DNA of 64,000 bases from Pseudomonadota bacterium (GTDB lineage Bacteria; Pseudomonadota; Alphaproteobacteria; Rhodobacterales; Rhodobacteraceae), in assembly GCA_039180185.1 (NCBI GenBank), contig JBCDDS010000004.1:3309-67308 (forward strand). Reading direction: 5' to 3'. Of the stretch, positions 10,440 through 21,507 are shown piece after piece. Numbering within the stretch: the first letter of the stretch is position 1; every line of letters starts with the position of its first letter. Position numbers and translations under genes: made by a program. The notes beneath the pieces were generated by a model. That model saw only the letters and a program-made list of their open reading frames with translations, was not told the origin of the DNA and made no database searches.

Positions 10440-12016
10440 GCTCCTTCGGACAAACCATAATACTCGAGATTTTCTTTCAAACTTGGTCTGACTCTACGCA
10501 ATTCGTTATCGGCTTTGCGCATGTATGGTACGTCAAGCAATTGCGGCGCTGTCAGTTCGAGAAGGCGATCATTGAACTGAAGTTCGTGCCGAATGCGAAC
10601 TGGAACCGAGACCAAGTCACGAATGATCTGCCGGTCGCATCCGGGCGACATGTAAAAGTTATTGTTCAGCGCATAAAACCCCGCGCCAAGCGTGTATGTC
10701 CGGTAGAGCTCCAGCCCCATAAAGTCGATTGAACGATGTCGAACGCAATCAGGCAGACCGCTTAGCCATCTTTGATACTGCGAGGAAAACCATTCGGAAC
10801 GATGCGCATCTTCTCCAAGCATCATGAGTTTGACACCAATACGTGGCCAACGCAAAGGATCGCCAACTTTATCTTGGGCGTTTACACCTGCACCACGCCA
10901 CAAAACCGCTTTGCTGATATCAGAAACATGACCACGCAATAGACAGCCGCCCTTTGGTGGCATGCGGGTCACTGAAATGATATTTCCTTCGCTCTTTATG
11001 CGACCCTTCATCACCTTTGGGTCAAAGTTCGCAGGGCTGCAGTTTATCTCGCCGCGTGCAAGCGATCTTTCCGAAAGAATACGCCGAACAGCACGTGGAC
11101 GAAGCGTATTTTGTTCATGGCGCGCGTCATACGTCGTCAGATCGACTTTCTCTATTTCGCACAATCGAGCCGCAAGTTCTGTATCCACGCCTGATGACCA
11201 ATTTGTAGCATGCGTGAAATGAAGGTCGATCTTGCAATTGAATTTTTGCGTCATCGCAAACAATTGGCGCGAGTCCTGTCCGCCACTGAGTGGCAGCAAG
11301 ACGGGACCCTCCGCCTTCGATAACGCACCGATAATCTGGCTGTGTCTGCGCGCGACCCGTTCTACAAGCGAGTCGAGTTCTTCGAGAGTGCGGCAGGAAA
11401 AGTCTCCGTCCCTCGGCCAGTGACGTATTTGTTCGCCTGTTCTCAGATCGTAGTAAAAATTGGGTTGTAGCACGCGAATGCGGCGATCGATGGAATACCC
11501 AAAGGCGCACCTGTAACGTTGGTGTCCAGGCGGGTAGTCCGGTTCGGGTTCCTCTCCACGGTCCAACACCATGTAATTCGTAGAGCCAATGGCGTTCGTT
11601 TCTGTGTTAACGACCACCCCCATAGTGCCGCTGGGGTCGAGATAAAGTCTTTTGTCGGCACCATATTTTAAGAGAACAACGTAACGACCCGCTAAAGTTT
11701 CAATGTACGAGGTTATTGCGCCTAAGTCCGAAACACTATTCAATACCCTGTTCAATCGACGGGAATTTACCAGTTCCCCTTCGGCGTCTACGGCTCTCCC
11801 CAAAACGATGAGTTCTCGATCGAAATTTTGTAGTTCACTTTTGCTGGATGCGACAGGCAATGTATTTCCGAAGTATAAAAAGCTGTCACTGAAAGGCAGC
11901 TGCTCGAAGCCGGGTAGATCAAGTCCACCACTAGGATGAAGAACAAACTGCTGCGAAAAGACGTGTTCGAAGCCTACTTTGAACTCTTCGCATTTTTGTG
12001 CCGCGGCCAGGCTCAA
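10430..12016 (-). CDS. Asparagine-synthetase-like (PP-loop) protein of unknown function
   Basis: LPLSGGQDSR ATP-pyrophosphatase motif; N-terminal half resembles a degenerate GATase fold (LAGRYVV...LYLDPSG) with no Cys at the N-terminus. Confidence 0.6.
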   Translation of the reverse strand: MSLAAAQKCEEFKVGFEHVFSQQFVLHPSGGLDLPGFEQLPFSDSFLYFGNTLPVASSKSELQNFDRELIVLGRAVDAEGELVNSRRLNRVLNSVSDLGAITSYIETLAGRYVVLLKYGADKRLYLDPSGTMGVVVNTETNAIGSTNYMVLDRGEEPEPDYPPGHQRYRCAFGYSIDRRIRVLQPNFYYDLRTGEQIRHWPRDGDFSCRTLEELDSLVERVARRHSQIIGALSKAEGPVLLPLSGGQDSRQLFAMTQKFNCKIDLHFTHATNWSSGVDTELAARLCEIEKVDLTTYDARHEQNTLRPRAVRRILSERSLARGEINCSPANFDPKVMKGRIKSEGNIISVTRMPPKGGCLLRGHVSDISKAVLWRGAGVNAQDKVGDPLRWPRIGVKLMMLGEDAHRSEWFSSQYQRWLSGLPDCVRHRSIDFMGLELYRTYTLGAGFYALNNNFYMSPGCDRQIIRDLVSVPVRIRHELQFNDRLLELTAPQLLDVPYMRKADNELRRVRPSLKENLEYYGLSEGAWV

Positions 12017-12353
12017 CCTGTTTTCTCCGATGCGTCGCGGAAGCGACGACTTTTCACGTCACAGGCAAATTGACCAAGTCATCAAATATTTTAGTAACTT
12101 AAAGCGCCTGTTGACGAGAATTTTGTGTCTGCTCGTTTTAGGCTTGTTTAACCTGTTTCAGGGCTCATCACTAGAGTCTCTTTCAAGTAAATTAGTCCTC
12201 TTAAGTGTTTTGCATTCGAGACCACGTTCAAAGTGGAACTCGAGTTTTACTGAAAGAAGAAAGAACATCCAAAACGAGAAAATTCCTGCAAATGGCTTCC
12301 TTTTTAGCTTTATCCACAGGAATTCTCCGGTCACTCGTGTTTTCATTGTTAAT

Positions 12354-12368
12354 GTTCTTGTAATGTTC
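12354..12368 (+). promoter_or_regulatory. Alphaproteobacterial LexA (SOS) box
   Basis: GTTC-TTGTAAT-GTTC (GTTC-N7-GTTC) about 60 bp upstream of uvrA. Confidence 0.85.
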
Positions 12369-12432
12369 TATTCTTTGGATTGAGACTCGCGTGACAACCG
12401 CTATGTGTTTGAGTCTCTATCAGAGGTAAGTG

Positions 12433-15291
12433 ATGGCTGAGCTGAAAAACATCGAAGTACGCGGTGCGCGAGAGCATAATCTCAAGGGCATTGATGTGGA
12501 TATTCCGCGCAATGAGCTTGTGGTGATCACCGGGCTTAGCGGCTCTGGCAAGTCGTCCTTGGCCTTTGACACGATCTATGCCGAAGGGCAGCGTCGGTAC
12601 GTTGAATCTCTCAGCGCCTATGCGCGTCAATTCCTCGACATGATGGAAAAGCCCGATGTGGATCACATCAGCGGGCTTTCGCCAGCGATATCGATTGAGC
12701 AGAAAACGACCAGCAAGAACCCGCGCTCCACCGTCGGTACAGTAACGGAAATTTACGATTACATGCGTCTGTTGTTCGCGCGTGTTGGCACGCCCTATAG
12801 CCCGGCAACCGGCAAGCCGATTGAGGCGCAGCAGGTCCAGGATATGGTAGACCGGATCATCGCGATGGAAGAGGGTACACGCGCGTATCTTTTGGCCCCA
12901 ATCGTGCGTGATAGGAAAGGCGAGTATCGCAAAGAGTTCCTTGAACTGCGCAAGCAGGGTTTTCAACGCGTGAAGGTCGATGGCGAATTCTACGAACTGG
13001 ATGATCCGCCAACTCTCGACAAGAAGTTCCGCCACGATATTGACGTCGTAGTGGATCGTTTGGTTGTGAAAGAAGGTATTGAGACCCGGTTGGCCGACAG
13101 TTTGCGCACAGCCTTGGATCTGGCTGATGGAATCGCGGTTCTGGAAACCGCACCGAAAGAAGGGGAGCCCGAGCGTACCACTTTCAGCGAAAACTTCGCG
13201 TGTCCAGTCAGCGGATTTACAATTCCTGAGATAGAGCCGCGCTTGTTTTCCTTCAACGCGCCGTTTGGAGCCTGCCCAGAGTGCGATGGTCTGGGCGTCG
13301 AGCTTTATTTTGACGAACGTCTCGTTGTGCCAGATGAAGCACTACGTGTTTCAGACGGTGCGCTGGCGCCCTGGCGTAAAGGCAAGTCACCGTACTTCCT
13401 GCAAACGATTGAAGCAATTGCAAAACACTATGAGTTCGACGAGCAGTCGAGCTGGAAGGACCTGCCAGCTCATGTGAAGCAGGTGTTTCTGTATGGCTCT
13501 GGCGAAGAGGAAATCTTGTTTCGTTACGACGAGGGCGGGCGGGTTTACCAAGTGACACGCGTTTTTGAGGGCGTGATCCCCAACATGGAGCGTCGCTATC
13601 GCGAGACGGACAGCAACTGGATTCGTGAAGAGTTTGAGCGCTATCAGAACAATCGTCCCTGTGGCGCTTGTGATGGATACCGCCTGCGTGAAGAGGCATT
13701 GGCTGTGAAAATTGCAGGCCTGCATGTGGGACAGGTCGTGGAAATGTCGATCCGTGAGGCGTTTGATTGGTGTGAGACGGTTCCGAGCACGCTTAGCGCT
13801 CAGAAAAACGAGATTGCCCACGCGATCCTGAAGGAAATTCGCGAGCGGCTTGGGTTTCTGAACAATGTTGGCCTGGAGTATCTGACACTTTCACGTGCGG
13901 CTGGCACTCTGTCCGGTGGGGAAAGCCAAAGGATTAGACTTGCGAGCCAAATCGGTTCTGGGCTGACTGGCGTGCTTTACGTTCTCGATGAGCCGTCGAT
14001 TGGTTTGCACCAACGCGACAACGGGCGTCTTCTCACCACACTGCAGAACTTACGTGATCAAGGCAATACAGTGATTGTCGTGGAGCATGATGAGGAAGCG
14101 ATCCGCACAGCAGATTACGTCTTTGATATCGGTCCAGGCGCGGGCGTGCATGGCGGGCAAGTTGTCAGTCAAGGTGTGCCAGACGCAGTCGCGTCTGACA
14201 CCGCATCGATAACTGGACAGTATTTGTCTGGCACACGAGAGATTTCAGTGCCGCTCGAACGACGAGTTGGTAATGGTAAATCTGTCAATATTGTCAATGC
14301 GACAGGCAATAACCTTAAAGCGGTGGATGCCGAATTTCCATTGGGCAAGTTTGTCTGTGTCACAGGTGTCTCGGGGGGCGGCAAGTCCACGCTGACGATT
14401 GAGACGCTGTTCAAGACGGCTTCGATGCGCCTCAATGGTGCGCGCCAAACCCCTGCGCCGTGCGAGACCATTCAAGGACTTGAGCATCTGGATAAGGTTA
14501 TTGATATCGATCAGCGGCCGATTGGACGCACCCCAAGATCCAATCCTGCCACGTATACCGGTGCCTTCACCCCGATCCGCGATTGGTTCGCCGGATTACC
14601 CGAGGCGAAGGCGCGCGGCTACAAACCAGGCCGATTCAGCTTCAATGTGAAAGGTGGTCGTTGCGAGGCTTGCCAGGGCGATGGTGTGATCAAGATAGAG
14701 ATGCACTTTTTGCCGGATGTTTATGTCACCTGCGAGACCTGCAAAGGTAAGCGGTACAATCGCGAAACCCTGGAAATCCTTTTCAAAGGCAAAAGCATAG
14801 CGGACGTTCTTGATATGACGGTTGAGGATGCGCAGGAGTTTTTCAAAGCTGTCCCCTCCATTCGTGAAAAGATGGATGCGCTGATGCGCGTTGGGCTCGG
14901 CTATATCAAAGTGGGTCAGCAGGCGACGACGCTATCAGGCGGCGAAGCCCAACGGGTTAAGCTTTCAAAAGAGCTCAGCAAACGTTCCACGGGTCGCACC
15001 CTATATATTTTGGATGAGCCGACAACAGGTCTGCATTTTGAGGATGTTCGAAAACTTCTAGAGGTGCTGCATGAACTGGTCGCAGGTGGAAATACGGTGA
15101 TCGTGATTGAGCACAATCTTGACGTTGTCAAAACGGCTGATTGGATCATCGATATAGGGCCAGAGGGCGGCGACGGCGGTGGCCAGATCGTTGCAACTGG
15201 CACTCCGGAAGACGTCGCCGACGTGGAGAATAGCTATACGGGACAGTACCTGAAAGACATGCTCTCCGCGCGTAAAGTTGCGGCAGAGTAG
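12433..15291 (+). CDS. uvrA: Excinuclease ABC subunit A
   Basis: GLSGSGKSS and GVSGGGKST Walker A motifs, LSGGE signatures, zinc fingers. Confidence 0.98.
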   Translation: MAELKNIEVRGAREHNLKGIDVDIPRNELVVITGLSGSGKSSLAFDTIYAEGQRRYVESLSAYARQFLDMMEKPDVDHISGLSPAISIEQKTTSKNPRSTVGTVTEIYDYMRLLFARVGTPYSPATGKPIEAQQVQDMVDRIIAMEEGTRAYLLAPIVRDRKGEYRKEFLELRKQGFQRVKVDGEFYELDDPPTLDKKFRHDIDVVVDRLVVKEGIETRLADSLRTALDLADGIAVLETAPKEGEPERTTFSENFACPVSGFTIPEIEPRLFSFNAPFGACPECDGLGVELYFDERLVVPDEALRVSDGALAPWRKGKSPYFLQTIEAIAKHYEFDEQSSWKDLPAHVKQVFLYGSGEEEILFRYDEGGRVYQVTRVFEGVIPNMERRYRETDSNWIREEFERYQNNRPCGACDGYRLREEALAVKIAGLHVGQVVEMSIREAFDWCETVPSTLSAQKNEIAHAILKEIRERLGFLNNVGLEYLTLSRAAGTLSGGESQRIRLASQIGSGLTGVLYVLDEPSIGLHQRDNGRLLTTLQNLRDQGNTVIVVEHDEEAIRTADYVFDIGPGAGVHGGQVVSQGVPDAVASDTASITGQYLSGTREISVPLERRVGNGKSVNIVNATGNNLKAVDAEFPLGKFVCVTGVSGGGKSTLTIETLFKTASMRLNGARQTPAPCETIQGLEHLDKVIDIDQRPIGRTPRSNPATYTGAFTPIRDWFAGLPEAKARGYKPGRFSFNVKGGRCEACQGDGVIKIEMHFLPDVYVTCETCKGKRYNRETLEILFKGKSIADVLDMTVEDAQEFFKAVPSIREKMDALMRVGLGYIKVGQQATTLSGGEAQRVKLSKELSKRSTGRTLYILDEPTTGLHFEDVRKLLEVLHELVAGGNTVIVIEHNLDVVKTADWIIDIGPEGGDGGGQIVATGTPEDVADVENSYTGQYLKDMLSARKVAAE

Positions 15292-15424
15292 CATGGCTCA
15301 GTCAACGCGGCCGCATCACCCTAAGAGTGTTCTACAAAACCTAAAACATGTTTAGGTTTAATTAACCTCAGTAAACCTAAAGTTGCTCCACCGGCACTAC
15401 GGATTTGTTGTGCAGGTTGGAGGG

Positions 15425-16213
15425 ATGGATAACGTGTTGGTGTTGAGAGTTACCTTTTTGGTTGTTGTCGCAACGCTCGCGTTCATGCAGCCATTGAATG
15501 CATCGACGATCACCGTGTTTGATCATGTGGCTTTCAATTCGAAGTTCAGTGTCGTTGCGAAACAGTTTTCTGAGAAAAATACCGCTCTCGAACAAGCAGC
15601 GTACGGTACCAAACCCGGGTACAGGATTGTCCAACCGTCCGATAAAAAACGTAGTGTGCAGGGTTCGGCACGCCTAACTCAATCAGGAAGCTCACGCTTG
15701 TCGATCCCATACGCAGATTTGTTGCAAGGAATCGAGCCGGCAAGCAGCCCTCTCCGTTCTTCCCGCTCCACAAGAAATGTGTCCGCTGTTTCTTTGGCTA
15801 ACACAGGCGATCCATTCGCTTTTCTCAAAGGATTGCCATTTGCCTCCGGGCTGTTCTCCGAAACTGAAGATGCTGTGACGCAAATCACTGAATTTACTCA
15901 GTTGTTTGTTGGCGCATTTGGGTATGATGACGCGCCAACCAGCATCAATTCCACAGTCTCAGCAAGTGCTCAGGACGCGCCAGAGTTGGTGGTTTTGCCG
16001 TTGCCGGCATCGTCTATCGGTTTGCTGTGCGGTGTTTTGGCATTGCTTGCGCTGCTCAAAACACGTGGAGGGTCACTCCGATTTACAGGTCGAGATACCC
16101 AGCATGCTGTAGATCCCGCAATGGCCCATCACACCGGTCGCAAGGGACAAAATACCGACCAGATACGCCCAGCGAAACGTCGCTTCGGTATCAAGAAAAA
16201 AGCCCAGAATTAG
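15425..16213 (+). CDS. Secreted protein with VPLPA-CTERM-like (LPLPA) sorting signal
   Basis: Signal-like N-terminus; LVVLPLPASSIGLLCGVLALLALLKTR. The ORF continues about 45 aa into the antisense of DUF2892. Start uncertain. Confidence 0.6.
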   Translation: MDNVLVLRVTFLVVVATLAFMQPLNASTITVFDHVAFNSKFSVVAKQFSEKNTALEQAAYGTKPGYRIVQPSDKKRSVQGSARLTQSGSSRLSIPYADLLQGIEPASSPLRSSRSTRNVSAVSLANTGDPFAFLKGLPFASGLFSETEDAVTQITEFTQLFVGAFGYDDAPTSINSTVSASAQDAPELVVLPLPASSIGLLCGVLALLALLKTRGGSLRFTGRDTQHAVDPAMAHHTGRKGQNTDQIRPAKRRFGIKKKAQN

Positions 16214-16273
16214 AGCCGCGCCCAATACAACGCGCAGAACTCTGTCAGACAATCCAACATTTTTCGTTAGCAT
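16073..16273 (-). CDS. DUF2892 (YgaP-like) small membrane protein
   Basis: MLTKNVGLSDRVLRVVLG...ATGVMGHCGIYSMLGISTC. Confidence 0.85.
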   Translation of the reverse strand: MLTKNVGLSDRVLRVVLGAALILGFFLDTEATFRWAYLVGILSLATGVMGHCGIYSMLGISTCKSE

Positions 16274-16339
16274 GACGTCACTCCGATTTTCCTGGGTCTC
16301 ATTTTTACACGAGTCCGTTCTGATATGCGATAGCAATAG

Positions 16340-17212
16340 CTATGTGCGTTTACGCACTTCAAATCTGGGCAACATGGCGGAGAAGTCTTTTCCGTTACCG
16401 TCTTCTTTTTCAACAAATTGCTGGTAAAGCGCGCATGCCGCATTTCCGATGGGGGTGTCTGCGTCCGCTGCTTCTGCAGCCTGCATGGCGAGATTGAGAT
16501 CCTTGAGCATCAACTCAGCGGCAAACCCGGGCTTGTAGTCGTTATCGGCTGGCGACTGCGGACCAATACCGGGGGCAGGGCAGTAGGCATTCATCGTCCA
16601 GCTATAGCCCGAAGAGGTCGAGACCACGTCAAACATCTTCTGCCGGTCGAGGCCGAGTTTATCGGCCAAAGCGAATGCTTCACAGGTCACGATCATGGTC
16701 GCGCCGAGGATCATGTTGTTGCAGATCTTGGCGGCCTGGCCATTCCCGGATGGCCCGCAATGTACGGCCTTCTGCCCCATCACGTCGAACAATGGCTCTG
16801 CAATGGCAAAGGCTTCGTCAGATCCGCCAACCATAAAGGTCAGCGTGCCCGCTTGTGCGCCGCCGATGCCGCCCGACACCGGCGCGTCGAGCGCCGCCAG
16901 ACCGGCTGCCTCGGCCTGATCCGCCACCACACGGGCGCTTTCAACATCGACGGTTGAGCAATCAAGCAAGACTGCACCAGACTTCATGGCCGAAATTACC
17001 TGATCCGCGACTGCGCGAAGGATTGCGCCGTTAGGCAACATGGTGATCACCACATCTGCGCCCGATGCGGCGACCTGAGCGCTGTCCACCATAGCCACGC
17101 CTTCGGCGCTGGTTCCGGCGGTGTCAAAACCCGTGACATCATGCCTGGCCGTGGCCAGATTGGCCGCCATCGGTGCGCCCATGTTGCCCAGACCAATGAA
17201 TCCAATCTTCAT
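16340..17212 (-). CDS. mmsB: 3-hydroxyisobutyrate dehydrogenase
   Basis: FIGLGNMGAPMA, DAPVSGG, KICNNM, YCPAPG. Confidence 0.93.
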   Translation of the reverse strand: MKIGFIGLGNMGAPMAANLATARHDVTGFDTAGTSAEGVAMVDSAQVAASGADVVITMLPNGAILRAVADQVISAMKSGAVLLDCSTVDVESARVVADQAEAAGLAALDAPVSGGIGGAQAGTLTFMVGGSDEAFAIAEPLFDVMGQKAVHCGPSGNGQAAKICNNMILGATMIVTCEAFALADKLGLDRQKMFDVVSTSSGYSWTMNAYCPAPGIGPQSPADNDYKPGFAAELMLKDLNLAMQAAEAADADTPIGNAACALYQQFVEKEDGNGKDFSAMLPRFEVRKRT

Positions 17213-18261
17213 GCTTGCTCTCCTTCTTGTTCAAAGCGCAGCATTTCCTTGCCAAGCGGCATGAGCATCTGCGTGGCCGCAAGAGATGGTGGGTTGTCTA
17301 GCTTATGCTGCCATTGCGGTGCCCGATCCTTATCGATCACAGCCGCGCGGATACCTTCGAGGAAATCACCCTTTTCCATCGCGCGAAAGGTGAAACGATA
17401 CTCCATTTCCAGCGCCTTGCGGATGTCAGCAGTCGGGCCGCGCAGACGGTGAATGATCTCAATCGCGCAAGCCATGGATAATGGAGAATTGCGGCTTAAT
17501 AGCTTACGCGCTTCTGCATTGAACGGCGTGTCTTCAATTTTCAGCGCATTGATTATCGCGCGCAGGTCCTCACCCCCAAAAACCTTGTCGATGTCGGACT
17601 GAAGTGCGGCCAGCTTTCCTTCGGGCGGTATCGTTGATGCGGTTGCAACAGCGGAAACATCACCGGAAGTTTCGAGCATCTCGATTAACGCGGGCCAGGC
17701 TTCATAAAACACATAACTGTCTGCAAATCCTGCCAGGATAGCGTCGGCGGCACCCATGCGGGTGCCGGTAGTGCCGAGATATTCGCCCAGTCGACCGGGC
17801 GCCCGCGCCAAGATCAAAGAGCCGCCCACATCGGGCACGAGGCCGATACCGCATTCGGGCATGGCGATCTGGCTGTTTTCAGATACGATCCGATGCGAGC
17901 CATGACAAGAAATGCCAACACCGCCGCCCATGGTGAAACCCTGCATGAAGGCGACATAGGGCTTGGGGTACTCAGCAATCTTTGCGTTGAGTCGATATTC
18001 ATCGCGCCAGAACTTTTGACCAAAGGCGAAGTCGCCCGCGCGGCCTGTGTCATAGAGATCCTGAATATCGCCTCCCGCGCAAAAGGCTTTCTCGCCTTCA
18101 GCGTCAATAATGACCAAGTCGACCGCATTGTCATCTGCCCATTCGTCCAGCGCCGCCTCGATGGCCAGACACATGTCATAGGTCATCGCGTTCAACGCAT
18201 GCGCGCGCGTCAGAGTGATGCGGCCCGCGCGTCCGGTTTTTCGGATATGGATGTCGCTCAT
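17209..18261 (-). CDS. 3-hydroxyisobutyryl-CoA hydrolase (crotonase family)
   Basis: AFCAGGD, MGGGVG, MPECGIGLVPDVGG, EGIRA.VIDKD. Confidence 0.9.
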   Translation of the reverse strand: MSDIHIRKTGRAGRITLTRAHALNAMTYDMCLAIEAALDEWADDNAVDLVIIDAEGEKAFCAGGDIQDLYDTGRAGDFAFGQKFWRDEYRLNAKIAEYPKPYVAFMQGFTMGGGVGISCHGSHRIVSENSQIAMPECGIGLVPDVGGSLILARAPGRLGEYLGTTGTRMGAADAILAGFADSYVFYEAWPALIEMLETSGDVSAVATASTIPPEGKLAALQSDIDKVFGGEDLRAIINALKIEDTPFNAEARKLLSRNSPLSMACAIEIIHRLRGPTADIRKALEMEYRFTFRAMEKGDFLEGIRAAVIDKDRAPQWQHKLDNPPSLAATQMLMPLGKEMLRFEQEGEQA

Positions 18262-19400
18262 GTCTCCGCCAGCATATGCCGCGCCACGATCAGGCGCATG
18301 ATCTCATTAGTGCCCTCAAGTATTTCATGCACGCGCAAATCGCGGACCAGCTTTTCGATGCCGTAATCGGCCAGATAGCCGTAGCCGCCATGCAGCTGCA
18401 GACACTGATTCACAATCCGAGAGCCTGCCTCAGTCACAAACTTCTTGGCCATGGCACAGAACTTCGTGGCATCTGGCGCGCCAGTGTCCAGCTTCCATGC
18501 GGCTTGGCGCAGAAATGTCCGCGCCGCTTGAAGTTCGATCTCCAGATCAGCTAGCCGAAATTGCAGGGCCTGGAATTGGTCGATGGTTTGGCCAAAGGCC
18601 TTGCGCTCTGACATGTAAGCCTTGGTTTGGTTGAGCGCCTGTTGTGCGGCGCCGAGCGAGCAGGCGGAAATATTCAATCTGCCACCATCAAGCCCCGCCA
18701 TCGCATAGCTGAACCCCAGGCCTTCTTCGCCGACGAGGTTTTCCGCGGCGACAGCGCAATCATCAAACTGCACCTGCGCCGTGGGTTGGCAACGCCAGCC
18801 CATTTTTTCCTCTTCCGCGCCGAAACTGAGGCCCGGCGTGCCGTCTTCGACATAAACTGTAGAGATGCCCTTTGGCCCATCCTCACCGGTACGCACCATC
18901 ACCACATAGGCATCGGAATATCCGCCACCCGAGATGAAGGCCTTTGTGCCGTTGAGCACATAACCCTCATTGCTACGTTTGGCGCGGGTTTTCAGTGCGG
19001 AGGCATCAGAACCAGACCCAGGCTCTGTCAGGCAATAGGACAGCACCGTTTTCATCGCAATTACGTCTGGCAGAACCCGCGACTTCATCTCATCACTGGC
19101 AAAACTGTCGATCATCCGCGCACACATGTTATGGATCGACAGAAACGCGGCAACGGAAGGACAGGCCATACTCATCGCCTCAAAGACAAGCGTTGCGTCA
19201 AGCCGTGAGAGCCCTGAACCGCCGCTCTCTTCACTTACATAAAGCCCCCCGAAACCCAGCTCACCTATTTGCGGCCAGAGTGATTTGGGCATTGTCCCTT
19301 TGGACTCCCATTCTCGGGCGAATGGCGCGATTGCATCTTGTCCAAACCCATGAGCCATGTCGAAGATTGCCGTCTGTTCCTGGGTCAATGCGAAATCCAT
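18258..19400 (-). CDS. Isobutyryl-CoA dehydrogenase (acyl-CoA dehydrogenase)
   Basis: YCLTEPGSGSD, KAFISGG, LQLHGGYGY, ILEGTNEIMR; valine catabolism operon context. Confidence 0.9.
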   Translation of the reverse strand: MDFALTQEQTAIFDMAHGFGQDAIAPFAREWESKGTMPKSLWPQIGELGFGGLYVSEESGGSGLSRLDATLVFEAMSMACPSVAAFLSIHNMCARMIDSFASDEMKSRVLPDVIAMKTVLSYCLTEPGSGSDASALKTRAKRSNEGYVLNGTKAFISGGGYSDAYVVMVRTGEDGPKGISTVYVEDGTPGLSFGAEEEKMGWRCQPTAQVQFDDCAVAAENLVGEEGLGFSYAMAGLDGGRLNISACSLGAAQQALNQTKAYMSERKAFGQTIDQFQALQFRLADLEIELQAARTFLRQAAWKLDTGAPDATKFCAMAKKFVTEAGSRIVNQCLQLHGGYGYLADYGIEKLVRDLRVHEILEGTNEIMRLIVARHMLAET

Positions 19401-19422
19401 GTGGCGATCCTCTTGGGGTGTA

Positions 19423-19440
19423 ATTGAACAAATGTTTAAT
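19423..19440. promoter_or_regulatory. Near-palindromic operator upstream of the acyl-CoA dehydrogenase operon
   Basis: ATTGAACA-AA-TGTTTAAT. Confidence 0.45.
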
Positions 19441-19903
19441 AAAGCGGAATTGGTTGAGCATCAATGTCTAGAAGTAACTGAAATCTTGTCGACATTAAAA
19501 GACGTCAAAACGGCCATTGGCTGCGTTGAAACGTACTTTGATGGGGGTATTAATGATCTATAAGCTTGCTGTTTTCTTTCAACGAAATCCAACGACCATT
19601 TTTGGTCCATGCGCTCAATAGAGATATTGGTTTTGTGTTGTGGAGCCTCTGTTCCGAGGACAGGTTAAGCGATTAATAATTAATAAATTCAATATTTTAT
19701 GTAATATTTGTGACCTCGGGCAAAGCCGTTTCCAGGCCATTGATCCATCAAGAATAGAGCCGCGTGCCAACTACATTTTGTACAAAAAACCTGTGCAAGC
19801 CCGCATAATCGATGTTTTTGAAACTGGAATATTTTGAAATGCGCGAACGTCCTTTTTTATGAACAGCAGATAACAAAGCTGCTTGTTAAACAGAGAGGAA
19901 AAC

Positions 19904-20827
19904 ATGCCGCTTGACAGTAACAAAACATCGGAAGTTTTTTCAGCGAATGCAAAAAAGCCTACGAGCAAAGCTATTGAAAGTACGGTAGATACATACTTGC
20001 TCGATCCAAGCACCGGTCAAAAGGAAAGATGTGTGGAGGCATCCGGGTACCGCATCAATCATGTTCCCGCTGGTTCCTACGAAAAGGAAGTCCCTAAGGG
20101 ATGGGCTCTATTGGACATCAATCTGGCGCCAACCGAAGGCAAATTTAGCCTCAACGGTATTGAAGATGCGCCTGAACGGAGCGACGCCAGATCTTTTAGT
20201 TTTATTCCAGCAGCGCAATCTCACAAATTTCAATTCACCCGTTCAGGAAGCTCTGTGCAGTTTATGTACCAACCGAACAGTTTAGAGAACGTTCCAGGCA
20301 AGGATGCGTTGAACTCAATAAGTTCTGCGATCTGGAATGTTCCCGATACGCCAATGATCAGCGCTGCTGAGATCTTTATTGACTATATGAGATCTGGCTT
20401 GTGCGAGAGCTATGCCGAGAAGAAAGCGTTTCTACGTGATCTTTTCGCAATTCGTTTAATCCAGCTTATCGAAAACAAAGAGTGCGATAAATCTGTTTAT
20501 AGCCCTGCAATCCAACGCGCGCTCGAGTTTATCGAGGCGAATATCGATCAGCCGGTCCTTCACAAAGATATCGCCCGCGCTGCAGGCCAAAGCGAGTTTC
20601 ACTTTGCGAGGTCATTTCGAACTGCGACAGGTTTGAGTGTAAAACGTTACATAATGCTGCGACGTTTAGAGGTCGCTCAAGACTTGATCATGAACACGAA
20701 TGAAAGTCTGGCAGAAGTCGCTTTCTCGACAGGATTTTCATCGCAAAGCCATATGTGCACGCTGTTTAAACGATTTACCGGGAGAACACCGCGCTCGTAC
20801 AGGCAAAGAACGCCTGCGATAGCTTGA
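19904..20827 (+). CDS. AraC family transcriptional regulator
   Basis: C-terminal double HTH (SEFHFARSFRTATG...VAFSTGFSSQSHMCTLFKRFTG.TP); GAGG RBS before ATG 19904. Confidence 0.9.
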   Translation: MPLDSNKTSEVFSANAKKPTSKAIESTVDTYLLDPSTGQKERCVEASGYRINHVPAGSYEKEVPKGWALLDINLAPTEGKFSLNGIEDAPERSDARSFSFIPAAQSHKFQFTRSGSSVQFMYQPNSLENVPGKDALNSISSAIWNVPDTPMISAAEIFIDYMRSGLCESYAEKKAFLRDLFAIRLIQLIENKECDKSVYSPAIQRALEFIEANIDQPVLHKDIARAAGQSEFHFARSFRTATGLSVKRYIMLRRLEVAQDLIMNTNESLAEVAFSTGFSSQSHMCTLFKRFTGRTPRSYRQRTPAIA

Positions 20828-20978
20828 AAAATTGGCTGACAGCAAACACAATTCTGAGCGGCACACTTTAAAATTCGCACAGTGCTCGTCAGACGGGTTA
20901 ATTCTGTTCGCCAACCCAAGGATTATAACATCTGAGTGCCTTTCTATTGCATAAAACTAATGAAACTTTGACCGCCAT

Positions 20979-21506
20979 ATGTGCGAAATGCAATTTGCCG
21001 GAATGGCACTTAGATCACATATTGAAGCACTGATACCGGAAATGCGAGCTTATGCAGCGGCTATTTGCGTCCGGCCAGAAGACGAGGCGGAAGACTTGGT
21101 TCAAGATGCGATAGAGCGTGCCTTGCGATTTGAGAACCCGCCCAGCCGTCGTAATGAGTTGAGACCGTGGGTAATTAGGATAATTCGCAACCTGCACTAT
21201 GATGAACTTAGAAAACGTAGGGTACGTAGGGAATATTCTGCCACTGAAGAACGTCTATCTAGTAACAGCTCTTCGGGAACTACGATTGATCGCGATATCC
21301 TGGTGCGGTTGGCATTTGAAAAATTGGCACCGTCACATCGCGAAATCCTTAATCTCGTGGACGTGTTGGAATTCAAATACTCAGAAGCGGCTCAGCTGCT
21401 GAACGTTCCAAAAGGTACAATTATGAGCAGAGTGAGCCGGGCGCGGAAGGCTTTGCTGGATTTGGTCGATGGTGATGGTTCAATGCAATCAAAGGACTTA
21501 GATTGA
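20979..21506 (+). CDS. ECF sigma-70 factor
   Basis: AEDLVQDA region 2; YSEAA.LL.VPKGTIMSRVSRAR region 4. Confidence 0.9.
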   Translation: MCEMQFAGMALRSHIEALIPEMRAYAAAICVRPEDEAEDLVQDAIERALRFENPPSRRNELRPWVIRIIRNLHYDELRKRRVRREYSATEERLSSNSSSGTTIDRDILVRLAFEKLAPSHREILNLVDVLEFKYSEAAQLLNVPKGTIMSRVSRARKALLDLVDGDGSMQSKDLD

Positions 21507-21507
21507 T

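Noticed and set aside
12310-12318. Perfect DnaA box TTATCCACA upstream of uvrA
   Set aside because: Single copy without a cluster, so not an origin; a regulatory role is possible but unsupported.
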